DNA of 64,000 nucleotides from Pseudovirgaria hyperparasitica (lineage: Eukaryota), in assembly GCA_010093815.1 (NCBI GenBank), contig ML996574.1; one strand, written 5' to 3'. Positions within the stretch are counted from its first letter, which is position 1. Every line of letters begins with the position of its first letter. This document shows, one piece after another, positions 46,069 through 58,601 of this stretch. Made by a program: the position numbers and the translations under genes. The notes below the pieces were generated by a model that was not told where the DNA came from, searched no databases, and was given only the letters and a program-made list of their open reading frames with translations.

Positions 46069-48054
46069 TCAAGCGTCACAGCGGCCCAGTTTTAAATTAT
46101 TGATGTGGCGGACAGGTCCCTGGTCGGCTTTACAGAATTGATTCATATGAATACTGGTGGCGGCGCCTTCTTCAGACTTCTCAGTCTCGAAAGACGGCGA
46201 TGACTTGGTGTTACCCATGCGAGAGTCAAGAGGTTCCACGGAAATGTTACGGCGAACGGGAGTTTCTAAGGAAATGTTACGGCGAACGGGAATTTCTAAA
46301 ACATCTGTAGCGGCGGGAAGAGCTTCTCTAAAAGTGGAGACTGCAGTGTCTGTAACGGTGGAAACAACTTTCTCGATAACAGCGTCAGAGATACCTGTAG
46401 CAAGGGGAGGAACTTCTTTGGCGGTGAACAGAGTCTGGACCACTGTCTGGCTAACCGTCTCGGTGGCAGTCACAGTCTCCAGAGCGATCACCGTTTCTGT
46501 GACAGGTATAGCATTTTCAATGCTAGACGTGAAATGCCTCATACTGGGGAGTCCACGATCGAAGACTGGGGCTGGAGAGGGCCTGATGCAGAGGAACAGG
46601 ACGACTAGGCTAAGTCCAATGACCATAAGGTTCCGAGTATCTTGTGCCAGAAGGTAGAAGTAGTTGAGGAGTGCAGCAGCCAGAGGTACCTCCTTGTTGC
46701 TACACTTCCTGGGAAGTGCAGGCCTGTCCGTATCGAAAGAAACAGTCTTTGGTGCAGAGGATGGAACTTGTGGCTCTCGTAATATTTGACTTGCGTCCAT
46801 CGCAACATCTGATTGCTGTCGTGAATGCGCTCCCTCTGAGGCCGGTGGTGTAGGAATCCCGTGCCTGATGCTAGTACCGATCTCTTTCTGCAAACCTCTC
46901 CTGTTCTCTTCACTTTTCATCTCCCGCTCCAGCTTTTTCTTCAGGTCTTCGGGTATCCAGGGTAACACTTCAACGTCGACTCTTTCCATCTCCATCCAAG
47001 CGGCACTCCACGCGCCCGAACGCATCAGTCCATTTGCTGCATAGATTCTAACATCCCACCTCCGCTTCCCAATTCCTGCTCCCTTGCTCGGCGAGCCCAT
47101 TGGCTGCGAGCAATCCGGACATACATCATCATCTAGATCTTCCTCCATGTCAGACCCGGAATTGCTCCCTCTCGCCGTTGCACAACCATCATCGTCATCT
47201 TCAAATGGATCATAGCTGATAGATGACGCACAGCTACTACTTCGATGGCGATTAAAGTGTCCACTCTTGAGCAGCCGTGGAGGGGCTAAGTCGAGACTCT
47301 CCAGTAGCCTCTCTTCTAGAAGTTCATATTCGTGTCTGGGATGCGGGATCAACAGCCCTCTACCCATCAGGGTCGAATCTTCCAATCTATTCTCCAACAG
47401 CCTGAAGTTCTCTAACAGCCAACCCGGCAACACCGACTCGAGGATATGGGCAGAGTATGGCAAAGAGGGAGGTAGCAGCGTAACATGAAGGAGGACTAGA
47501 GGATAATCGCGTTTCGGTGTCTCGTAGACCGGGGTCTGGTGCGCGCTCTCGTATCTCCGCTCAAGTTGTCTGTCTGATCGTATCGACTGAGATCTTTGAG
47601 ACCGTGGGGTTTCCGAGCGCCTGATCGGAGTCGCTAGGTGATGGGGTTGCTGCATATGAGGCGGAGAGGAAGGTAAGCTAGGGAGAGGGCTTGACATTTG
47701 CATTGCTTTGACAGACGAGGTGTTCCTGAACGCAGGCCGCGACCGCATCGGTGTGTATTGCTTCAAGGTCGCATGTAGATCCTGATCCAGTTCTTCTGAG
47801 GTAATTTCGGAAGGAAAAGACGATACTGAGGATACTGTGGCATTTGACAATCTCTTTTTCTTCTTGTCCTTTGACGTGTGACCAACATGAGAGAGGGGCG
47901 CGTCATTCTCAATGCTAGCAAGTGGTACGTCGCAGTCATAGTTTGGCACCGTAGAATCATTCACGCTCATGCCGGTGCCGGCTGCTTGGTCGAATCTATT
48001 GTGCTCTTCGTAGATCGAGAATGGTGAGACCGAGTCTGTACGAATGGAAGCCAT
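46069..48054 (-). CDS. Conserved fungal hypothetical protein with one TM segment
   Basis: 661-aa single exon with conserved-looking blocks PLVLLHVTLLP, GLLIPHPRHEYELLEERLLESL, CPDC, WDVRIYAANGLMRSGAWSAAWMEMERVDVE. TM segment LMVIGLSLVVLFLCI, Thr/Val-rich C-terminus and a duplicated PVRRNIS. Confidence 0.85.
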   Translation of the reverse strand: MASIRTDSVSPFSIYEEHNRFDQAAGTGMSVNDSTVPNYDCDVPLASIENDAPLSHVGHTSKDKKKKRLSNATVSSVSSFPSEITSEELDQDLHATLKQYTPMRSRPAFRNTSSVKAMQMSSPLPSLPSSPPHMQQPHHLATPIRRSETPRSQRSQSIRSDRQLERRYESAHQTPVYETPKRDYPLVLLHVTLLPPSLPYSAHILESVLPGWLLENFRLLENRLEDSTLMGRGLLIPHPRHEYELLEERLLESLDLAPPRLLKSGHFNRHRSSSCASSISYDPFEDDDDGCATARGSNSGSDMEEDLDDDVCPDCSQPMGSPSKGAGIGKRRWDVRIYAANGLMRSGAWSAAWMEMERVDVEVLPWIPEDLKKKLEREMKSEENRRGLQKEIGTSIRHGIPTPPASEGAHSRQQSDVAMDASQILREPQVPSSAPKTVSFDTDRPALPRKCSNKEVPLAAALLNYFYLLAQDTRNLMVIGLSLVVLFLCIRPSPAPVFDRGLPSMRHFTSSIENAIPVTETVIALETVTATETVSQTVVQTLFTAKEVPPLATGISDAVIEKVVSTVTDTAVSTFREALPAATDVLEIPVRRNISLETPVRRNISVEPLDSRMGNTKSSPSFETEKSEEGAATSIHMNQFCKADQGPVRHINNLKLGRCDA

Positions 48055-49047
48055 CGGTAGCCGCGTTGCACTTGCGCGGATGTCACCTCCGAAGGCGCCC
48101 GAAGACTTCCAGAGTCCTAGGTCAAGCTGATGATGGTAAATGTGTGTGGGACGCTATGGTCATCGAATACTGTTGCAGTAGACTTTGGCTCCAGAGTAAT
48201 TTAGTGGGGCGCTCACGGAAGAGATTCAAGAGCTAAAGTGAAAGTTGGTTGTGTCAAGGTTGATGTTTAGATGTTACCACAGCAACATAACCGTTATCCC
48301 AACACCACATCCAACGTAGCCATTGAAATGCCAATCCATCGTTCGTGACCATATAATCGCTATTCATAATCAGTCTTCTGCCTTTACATTCTCATTCAAG
48401 GCATTCTAATATCGAAGCAAGCATTGTCTCGTTGTGTCTAGTCGTCGTCAGTGCATGTAGGCCACAGCCGTGACATTCATTGAATTGTGAATTAGCGCTA
48501 GTCGTTGTCGCACTCCCGATGTGGGCTAGAGAGGCGTACAAAAGTAAAGCCGACCTGGGCGATAAGGATCTTAGAAAAGAAGCAAGTCATGACCTGAGGT
48601 CCATAATTAGATCTTAATTAGATGTATTGTTGAGTTGAGCATAAGACGCAGTATATCTCCAATGAAACAGCTCACTATCAGCAATGTCAAGTCAGTGCAA
48701 AGCAAATAGTTCATTTAGTTTGCCAGAACGAGCGCATCTGCATAAGTAGTAGCAGACATCCCAGACAATGCCATGCCTCTAACCAGACAGTGCTTCATTA
48801 CGCGACCTAGCATCACTATTATCAATCCACGGTTTCAAACATGAAAATTATATCATCGAGCCTGACCGACGGATGTTGCGGGTCAAGATACATCACATAA
48901 ATTTAGACCATGAAATCGTTTCGCTAAGAAAACCCGAACACCAAGCTGAACCCTTCACATGACGCCGTACAGTAACGTTTCTAACAGATAGACTTGCTTT
49001 GCTTGCACTTCGTTACATTCGTGAGATGGTCAACAGCGCCTCAAGTG

Positions 49048-52000
49048 TCAATAGATATGAGTAGGTCCAGAGTGCTCCAATTTTACGTATCCACTAGGAG
49101 CATGATCAATACTCCACAAGTGCTGCTCAAACTCATCTAGGGTGAGTCCAGGACCGACTGCGATCGCAGAGGGCATAGAACTCTGCAAGCTGCACTGCGA
49201 ACATGTCACCTGCCAACCTCTGACTGGACACAGCCGAAGTCTGAAGTCTGCCATGGGATGCTTCCGGCGTAATTCACCTTCTGCTTGTACTAGCCACCAC
49301 GGTTTGAGATACTGGCTTTGTTCAGACTCCTCCAGAACATGTAGGCGCTGCGAGTCCTGGTGTGTTGGATGTGTATATCCTTTGAGCTGCATGCGGGTTC
49401 TATATGAACTTGGAGGTGAATATAGCTCCGACGATTGAGTGATAGCAGAATACATGTTAGGGTCTCGAAACGGGTTTGTGTTCCAAGGCAATTGCGACTG
49501 CACTGGTACTGGAGCATGGAATGGATTTCCAGGCGGCTTTTGGGGCTCAGACGTCTCAGCCGGACAGGGGAGCAGTGGCATAGACTGGCGATTCCTCAAA
49601 GGGCCTTTTGTGCGGATATTCGGAAGCTGCGGAGGTATGTCTGAGTACCCAGTATTGTGGCCAAAGCTCTGGCGTTGTCGATGTGCAGCCATGTGTCTTA
49701 CGGGGGAAGCGTCGACCATTTTCTTGCGACGTGTGTTGTAATCCTGAAATGGGTGAGGATCGGCTGCATGGCAAACTTGCCTGTCAGGGAGGCAACCAGT
49801 GGTATTTGACCGATTTGGAACCACGGACGAATTGACACTGTGTTGAATCAGATCTATCGATGGCCGTCTATCAGACTGTTCCATCTCAGGAGCAACATAA
49901 GCTGATCGCAAAGAGGCAACGCTGTTGCGGTAGGGCATCGGTTTAGCGGGAATTTCGGGCACCTTCTGTGGAACGGTTGGTCCGCCAGTGGTTTCGAGCG
50001 GTGTTGCACCATGATGCCACTCAGATTCCCTCACTCCCTTGTGACAGGGCGAAGATGTAGGCGATTGCAAAGAAGGACTCGAGGTCTCATCGACAAGTAT
50101 TAGCGGTGTTGAAGTCTCTGACATCTCCCACGACTCCCTTGTACCCTGTGGTGATCCTGTGCACTCTTGATGATTGGTTTCTGTCTCTTCTATAGCAGCC
50201 AGCATACTCTCGGTCTCACTCCCATCAAGTAGCCAGTGGAGAGTGTCTGCTGTCATCCTTTTTGCAGCCGTCTCACTAAAACGAGTTCCTAAAGTCTCGG
50301 TCTCGTTCCCATCGAGTAGCCAATGCAAATTATCCTTTTTCAAAGTGTCTGTTGTCATCCCTGTTACAGCGTGCTTACTAGAACGAGTGTTTAATGCTTC
50401 TGGATGGGACCTTGCTGAGCTCACAGTTGATGACGTAACGTTTGGTGGAAGTGCGATCGTCTCGTTTCGTCCTCTCTCCTGAAGCACACTTTGTGCATGC
50501 AGTTCATTCACTCTGCGGAGCTGCTCAGCATATTGCAGACTGGCCAAACGACGTTTAGTAGTCCGCCTAATTTCGGTTGTATCAACATAGGTTTGCATAT
50601 CATGTCGACCTCGGATTGGGCAATAGAGCGGTGCTGGCGTGTGAGAGTCGGTGTCATCACCGTTTATGATACGCAGTGCTTCGTTCCCCTTGGGAGCGGT
50701 AGTCAGATTCTCATTTCCTTTGGATGTTATCAGATAATTATCCTCGATCCTCACACCACCGACTGGGAGATAGCGCTTAAGTATAGCTGGGTTAATGAAT
50801 TTTGCGTGGACTGGAGAGGGCAAATATACAGACTCCAGAGCGAGACGATTAAAGTAGCTGCATGGCGATCAGATCACGGTGACAAGATTCGGACGCTCTA
50901 CTCACATTCCAGGCTCGACTGTCAACACCATGTTTTCCTCCAGTGTTGTCCCGTACGGGCTAGCAGCGTTTTCAACCATCGACTCGATATCCATAACCTG
51001 CCAGACAGATCTTGATGTACCAGACTCTGCTGAAACAGCTTTAAGGGGACGCAAGAGGTCCCTGTATAGCACATCGTGTACGTCTAGTCCTATGTGGTGT
51101 CCCAGCCCGTGGGGATAGAATGCGAGTGACGTCCCAGCCTCATAAATTTCTGCCACGGTCCCGTTATGCAAGATGCCAAGATCAAGAAGTCCGCGGATAG
51201 CGACTTTGTGTGCGAGTATATGCAGATCGATATATCTGACACCAGCACCCATTCTTTGCACACACGCATCCTGCATTGCTTGTACGAGTTCGTATATGTC
51301 TTTCGCCTCCTTTGTCCACGAGCCTGACAATGGGAACGAACGAGTGACGTCGCTGGCGTATAGATCGTACTCACACCCAGCGTCCAGACACATGAGCTGT
51401 TTATCTGCCAGTGAGTCATTGTTCCTCGCATAATGAAGTGTGCTTGCATTCTCGCCCGCAGCAGCGATTATATCGTAGGCTTGATTAGGCGCACCGTTCG
51501 AGATACACGTATCCATAAATATACCTGCTACTTCTGATTCCGTAGTGAACGTTTTGATCTTGCGCAGCACGTTTCTGTGCGCCTCTGCCGAGATCTCGTT
51601 TGCCTTCCGTATGAGTTCGATTTCATGGTGATCTTTGATCACTCGTGCTTGGTTCATGGCATTCTGAAGAGAGTCCGTGTTGAACCTCGTCTGATCAAGC
51701 TTAGTTTCGGGCTGCTGTTGCTGGTGAAGTACGAATATTGGTGCGTCGTTTCTTCTAGCCCAAGCCTCAACATGCGCCGCGACACAAGTATTCAATTCCA
51801 CAACATCGACATCATATTTAGTATATGCGCTGGGTATGGACAGTCCCGGCCCGTTGTATATTGTGTCATGAAGGTCGTGTTTCGGGATATATAAGTTCAA
51901 GATATCGGCACCAATATCGTAGGTTACGTGGCAATCAATTTCGTTCACGCCAGTGATGTAGTAGAAATAGCGTCGTTGGTGGAAGGGTATGGGCATGTCA

Positions 52001-52217
52001 GAGTCTTCGAGGAGTCTGGTAGGGGTTCCCGGGAGATATATGAGCCCCTCTTCGACTCCCAGTTTCTCTGCAACGCGCTGGGCATGCTGTTTAGCTAGCG
52101 AGCTGTAAGTTAGTTTGACATCCTGTTTGACAGCGGAATGCTCTCCGTACCTGGATACTTGTTGAATGGCGTAGACTCTGGTGCGTGACAATGCTCTAGC
52201 CGCAATCGGAGGTCCAT
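49048..52217 (-). CDS. Xaa-Pro aminopeptidase (M24B, pepP-like) with long C-terminal extension (~1021 aa, 3 exons)
   Basis: Exons 52217-52151, 52094-50906, 50857-49048. Motifs KYPAKQHA, FHQRRYFYYITG, CLDAGCE, YASDVTRSFP, PHGLGHHIGLDVHD, LTVEPGIYF, GGVRIED; all five metal ligands present. Confidence 0.9.
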
Positions 52218-52718
52218 ACTGCTGGTTTTGGACCGTCCGAAGTCCGTGATGAAAGCTCTGGGTGCTGCACGTTACCGAAGTGGTATTGTAGCAGAAGGAG
52301 ATAGATGAAAGTAAGTTTGGTGTCGTCTGTAAGCAGTGGGGCTATGAATGGATCCATGGATGGCGCAGGTGATAAGATCGTGGCAGCCTAGCTAGCCTAG
52401 CCTCCCCCACTTCTGTTAAATAGCCAGGCCCCCATATCAGGTATGGCTACGGCGGCCATTGTACAATCGAATCATCGCAGCAATGTACGTTCCCGGGGTT
52501 ATCAAAGATGTAGGGAACATTATCATCATCCAGGATGCGAAGACGGTTTCGACAAACTTGCCAGGACAGCACCAATATCGCACGACGATGACCACCAGGA
52601 CGCATTACTCCTTGCTTCCTTGATCTAGAAGACGGAGTGTGTAGTAGGCCATGAAAAGGAGACATCACAGAGAACGGGCATAGAGATGCTTTCTGCCAAT
52701 TTGATAACGCATACAAGC

Positions 52719-53774
52719 TTATTGGCCATCGGCTTTTGGCTTGGCAAAACTCTTGCTATTCTCAATCGACATCATCTCATCATAGTCCGGTCGCGGTATC
52801 TCTAAACCTTCCACTGTTCTAGCATATGTGATGCCGCCCAGGCGAGAGATTGGACGCAGGACGTTGGGATCCATGAGGTTTCGATCTTCATTGATTGCAT
52901 CCTCTCGTGCCCAAAATTTTATACCCTCTAGCATTAGGAGAACGCCCGTCTTCTTGCCCGGTGTGGCTCGACTCTCAAACTCTTCTGTCTTGTAAAGCTT
53001 GGCCTCAATGGAAAAGATGGCTTCTTTGACTCGGGAGGCTTTGATATGGGTACATGGTGCTGGGGTAAGGCCTGTCAAGGCCCACTCCGATGTTCCGTAT
53101 GGAGCGTTGACGCTGCATGCATTTGCAGCCTCGACGTAATGCTCTGAAATGATGTTGATGCACACTGTCAGGCATTGTCAGCATTTGTTACTTGGACTAT
53201 TCAATTTGTGAGCGATACCTTCCTGCGTCTCTACAACATTCTTTAGACTATCCTTCGCTCTGTCCATGCCGCCAGCAACGCCTATTATGAACATCGGAGG
53301 GTCGTGGTTCACCATGTTAAAATATGAGTATGGAGCCAGGTTTATGCTCTCGCCTGTCATCAAGTATCAATTTCAATTACATGAAGAAACGGTTGCATGC
53401 TAGTACACACCATCTTTCGAGCGAGTGCTCAAGAAGCCGATTGGGCGGGGTACAATGGCACTGATCAAAAGTTTATAATTGAATGTCGCAGGACGTCCCT
53501 CCTGGTATGGATCGATCTCAATGTGATTCTTCTCAAGGGATCGGCCTCCGTCATTTGCCCCACCACCAAGCTTCCAGTCGGGATCGCGAGTCTTTGTGTA
53601 TTTCCACTCCAGGGACTCGTCCCATTTCGGTCGCGAAGCCTCGACTCCTTTGAAATCCGGATGAGGATTTCGTTTGATAAATTTCTCAGCGTCGGCCATG
53701 ACTTGGTTTCCTGCATCGGAACTAGCTTTCAATTTCTTTTCGTATTCGGCCATTACTTCAGCTCGAGATGACAT
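52719..53774 (-). CDS. Flavin reductase-like FMN-binding split-barrel protein (3 exons)
   Basis: ATG 53774; RNPHPDFK, YKLLISAIVPRPIGFLST, NLAPYSYFNMVNHDPP, KDSLKN, CINIISE, SEWALTGLTP, RVKEAIFSIE, LRPISRLGGITY; two short introns. Confidence 0.88.
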
Positions 53775-55438
53775 CGTGGGCAAGAGACAGTATGTCGGCT
53801 TTCTATGAGAGCTTATAATATGGAGAGGAAGGAAAGAAAGTAAAGTCGCAGATATCCGTCGGCTATTGACGGACCGTAAGGCGGAAGACGTGTCGGGAGA
53901 CAGACGAGCGCGTTCGCCCGTCGGCTAGCTGCCCTAGCCTAGCATTCAAGATGATATCATGCTATCATTTCCTTGTGTAATTACTATAAGATAGGTGTCT
54001 CATTGAATGCTTATCACTATAGATATTATTATAGTCAATAAAATGGTTATACAGAAGATGATCTATGGTACTAACTCGTAAGAATATATCATAAACTTAT
54101 CCATGTGGTTTAGCTATAGTCAAATGAAAAGAAAGAGTACAGTTTGATTTGAGATCATATTGCTCAAGAAGACATATTTCATGATGATATCTACTGGTTT
54201 TATGAAAATAATGGATTATCTGTCTTATGGTAATCTAGGTACGGGATTCATAGTGTGACATCTCGTTTGGACAAGCAACGAACACCACGTGGGCAGACTC
54301 CTAAGTGCATCATCTCTCTTTGTTGTTTCGACTAGCCGTCTCAGACATCGATGAGTCGTAATTATGTGTCAGTTTCATTCACTCCATATCTCACCTTCAA
54401 CGTCATCTCCTACTCCGAACTTCAATGTCACTGTGTCACTGTGTCGCCGACCTCACTCTCTCGGGAACTACAAGCGTAGTAGATCGTTTTACATTTGCTA
54501 CTCCCAACCTCGCACTACCTCTTCTTCCGACCACCGCGACAGCGACCAGGTGTTTCAGCGCTCGTCATCAGCATGTTTCACATCGCAGTCCATCCAGTAG
54601 AGGTCATTCTCGGCCAGTATTTTGTCGCACTGTTCCTCTTTCATCATCGTACGATCAGCGGATGGTAGTCAGTGACATTAACAAACGTCAATCATTCACT
54701 GATTGCTGTTCGTTCCACCACCCTCATGTTCATGGCCCTCCCCCACAAGTAGCTCTTCCTTGCGCCGTCTTTACGAGGGATGTCAAACGGTAGCTGCTGA
54801 AGGTCATACCTCGGTCCCCAGACTTGACGGCTCGTAAATGCAGCACCAGCTCATCTGCACTTTTTGGAATGCAAAACACTGAAGTTTATGGCATGCTCAG
54901 CCCACCGAATCCTATGCGATGGTACGTATATCGCACTGTCTGGAATCTCTATATCTTGGAGGTTGGTACGTTGAGACGTCAAGCTAAGCTTGGAGATATA
55001 GGTCGTTGGCTGTGCTCGTGATCAGGAGCTGAAGCAGTTATGATAATAATCGACTGCACGTTCGACTACGTACGGGCAGACCGCGCACCATGTATAAATT
55101 GGCTGCTCCACCAGATCCCCATGGGTTGCGCTCGGGCGTTCCGGAGATGGATGAGTGACATTCGTGAGACATCTTAGCGGTAACTTCACAATGCCGGGTT
55201 CAACAACTGCCGCGAGTCCTGTCAAGGGCACACTTCTTTTGAAACCGTATCCCCGGTTAGTTCACATTGTAGGCCAGCCCAGAAGTAACATTATTCTCCC
55301 ACCTCGCTTCTTGCTTCGTATGAAGTATTAGTAAGGGAACACCGTCTGGTCCCAGGACCCAGTCTCTGCCAGAACTACGCCTACAATTCTCATGTAGAAG
55401 GTGGTTTGGTACATCAATTGCTGAAGCCTCTTAGCACC

Positions 55439-57523
55439 ATGGTGCGACATCATCGGAGGCGATTCTTCGAACTTGCGATTTGCAGCATACTGCTCTCTGC
55501 TGTTGCAAGAGCACAACATAATGAGAATGGGACCGATCCTGTTGGGGACATGTGCTCCCGGTGGTATCAGGCCTGTAAGTCATGTACATCTAATGATATA
55601 CTTGATAAATTGTTGACACTTGCGTAGCCACGCTGATGGGTAAAATACTCTATATGACTGGTGGCATCGAGACGTTCCAAAAAGGTCATAAGAGCAGTAG
55701 CAATATATCTCTTGGCATCAGTAAGTGCATCTCTATGGGTATTTCAAAGGGCGATGCTGAGCTCTTTCAGACCCTACGGTAATCACGGTCCAGATGGGTG
55801 AGTCCTGGGACTGGAAACCGGACGGCGGGATTCCTATTCTAAGTCATGCTAAGGAGTACATCGGGAGCAGTAGGATCCTCCCACCATCACTGATGCGTGG
55901 TGCTTTTTTTCAAGGAGATGCTAGCGACGATCGCCTCTATGCTTTCGGTGGTACGGCCTACTACGGTAACACCAGCTTCCCGGGATGGGTTGATATGCCC
56001 GATGCACCACCACTATGGGTTTTCAACACCCACAACAACACTTGGATTGAGCAGAATACCAGTATTCCTTTGCAGAGGCCGAACAATGGAGCTGCGGCGG
56101 ATGCGCTTGAAGCAGGCCTATCGTTTTACCTGAACGGGCAATCGGATAACACTACTCAATCCAAGAACACCCCGAATCGAAATGGCACTTCCATTATGGA
56201 CGGCCTCTTGGTATTCGATCATCGGAATATGTCATCGGTGAGGAACGTTTCCACCGAATTTGAGGGTGGCAGGTTTCCCAGGATTGGAGGGACGATGAAC
56301 TACATCTCACGTTTCGGACATGAGGGTATCCTAGTGTCGCTCGGTGGATTGTGGGCAAACAAGACGGCGAAACCAACTCTGGAGATGGTCGGTTGATTGA
56401 GAAGTTGTTCTCGATGCCCGAAGCTAACAAAGTAAAGGTCGAATTCTCCAAAGTCGATATATTCGATGTCGCCGCTCTGAAAAGGAATGACGGATCCAAG
56501 TACTCGTACACACAGGGCACTACTGGTGATGCTCCCTCGCCCAGGGTCGATTTCTGTACCGTCTTGCAGTCCGCAGCAGACTTATCGAGCCATAACCTGT
56601 AGGTGGCCATTCCTCTGTTGCGCCTCTCATCGCTGACTATATAGTTACGTCTATGGTGGCCGCGACGCATACTCAGACGTCATCTACGACGATATACGGG
56701 TACTTTCTTTACCTTCGTTCACGTGGACCATTATCTACAACGGCAAATCCCCTCGTTGGGGCCACGCGTGTCATACAATCCCCGGAACGCGACAAATGAT
56801 CACCGCCGGGGGCAGTCTCGCGGCGCCAAACATCACCTCGAGCTGTGATTGGGAGGACAAAGGTGTGGCCATCTATGACCTGAGTCTAGGTGGGCTTGGT
56901 GGCTGGGGTATGATAAAGCTCATAATTTGTGGAGATCTGGAATGTCTACTGACTCTTTTGAAGGGAGTGTATACCACAGCGAGCCGCGGCCCTATGAAGT
57001 TACTAAGAGTATGCTTCGTCGCATTGGCGGAACACCACAGGGCGGAGCGATGATGAAAGCGCCTGAGAACGGATACGAGTCCTCGCAGCTTGCCGGCGTC
57101 ATGCGCTTGAAGGGACCGACTCAAAGCGGAGATTCATCCACGATATCAAAAGGAGTAATGGCAGGCGCAATCATCGGGTCAGTCGTAGGTGTCATCCTTA
57201 TCGGGTTGGGGGTACTATTCCTCTTGTTTGGGAAAAGGCTCCTAAAAAAGACAACAAACGAGGACAGACCAAATACTGAGATTGGCGAGACGATAATATA
57301 CAAGTATGAGAAAGAGGAGAAAGGCATAGAGCTCGCGGTGCCACCGCCTCCTGTCGAATTGCCGGTCACAGAGAAGGCTGTGGAGGCCATGACAAGCATA
57401 CATTCCACGACACAGCGGCATGGTTATGAAGACGAAGAGAGAGGCCAGACGACTCCTGGGGGCGCAGAATCCATGCTGGACACGTGGAATCACGACGAAA
57501 AGTCATGGCTTTCCTTACCATAG
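55439..57523 (+). CDS. Kelch-repeat type I cell-surface membrane protein (6 exons)
   Basis: Signal peptide, then Kelch-like blades LYMTGG, LYAFGG, FYLNG, LVSLGG, LYVYGG, MITAGG, many N-x-S/T sequons, TM AGAIIGSVVGVILIGLGVLFLLF and a cytoplasmic tail. Five GT-AG introns restore the frame. Confidence 0.82.
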
Positions 57524-58601
57524 TATATAGATATGAAACATTGCTACTTCTTCAAAACTGATTACGACTACGTATGAGGGTAGAGAGACTTACCGTTCCA
57601 GGCCATCCTTCCCGTTGGATGTGCAGTTTGATAGGATCTGTCTGAACTGGGACGCCTGGCAGACCATGGCGGAGAAGTCCGCATGCAGTCGCTGGACGTG
57701 TTTCAGTTCCTCGAAGCAGCATTACCCATGTGTGAGATGAAGACCTGATGCATGACGAGCCATCAGTCCTCGATTGGCTCTGTAAATACATTCTATGGCT
57801 ATAGACAGCATGATACATAGTCAACAAAGAAGTGTAAGGCGCGTGGCCAGTGGGGCCAAGGACTGACTGCAGGACGCTGGCAAAGTGGTTGAGATATTGA
57901 GAAGCCGAAGCCAAGGAGAGAGAGGGGGGGGAGGGGGTAAGAGAGAAAAGCCGCGCAATGGAAGTGAAATGTGGGGAGAGGGGGCCGCAGAGTGGCTATT
58001 GCAGTGTTGACCCCCTGACAAGTCTGTTGCACTTAAGCTCGAGGTTGCCGCCAAGCCGAAGAGAGACCGCTGCTAAATTAGCGCCATCGCCATTCATCGC
58101 CATCTCCATCTTCCATCCCGGGTCGGTCGCCATCTTCAGCTCAGCGGCTACGTTGCATTCCTCAGGCACAGAATGCTCATACACTCAACACTCAACACCC
58201 AATATTGTCACCGTCACTGACCACGTCAACCTCAGGTCTATCCTGTGTCGCTGTGTCCTTGTGGTCTTCTAAACCCTTGCCCTCACCGCCGCTCTCTGTC
58301 GTCTCTCGCGTTGCTGCATACTGTCGCTCGTTGTTCGCTACCGTCGTCGCATCTTTCTCAACATCCATCTTGAACCGTCACTGCCTGTATCCTGCGCTTC
58401 GAGCAACAGGAACAGCATCTTCACACTTGTCTATTCGCCCTTCTCCGTCTTTACCGTCTGCGCGTGCTGCTGGTTCCGTTCGCGCAGATCTGGACTCGCA
58501 ACAACAGTGTTGGGCTACAGGACACACTGTCCTCAGCCTTCTTGATCGTCAGGCCTCCTACAATACCTGCCTGAGAGGCTCATCGAGATTTTTTGGACAC
58601 G

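Noticed and set aside
46069..48054. Transcription-factor or oxygenase label for the 661-aa protein
   Set aside because: No Zn2Cys6 cluster or flavin-binding motif is visible; left as conserved hypothetical.
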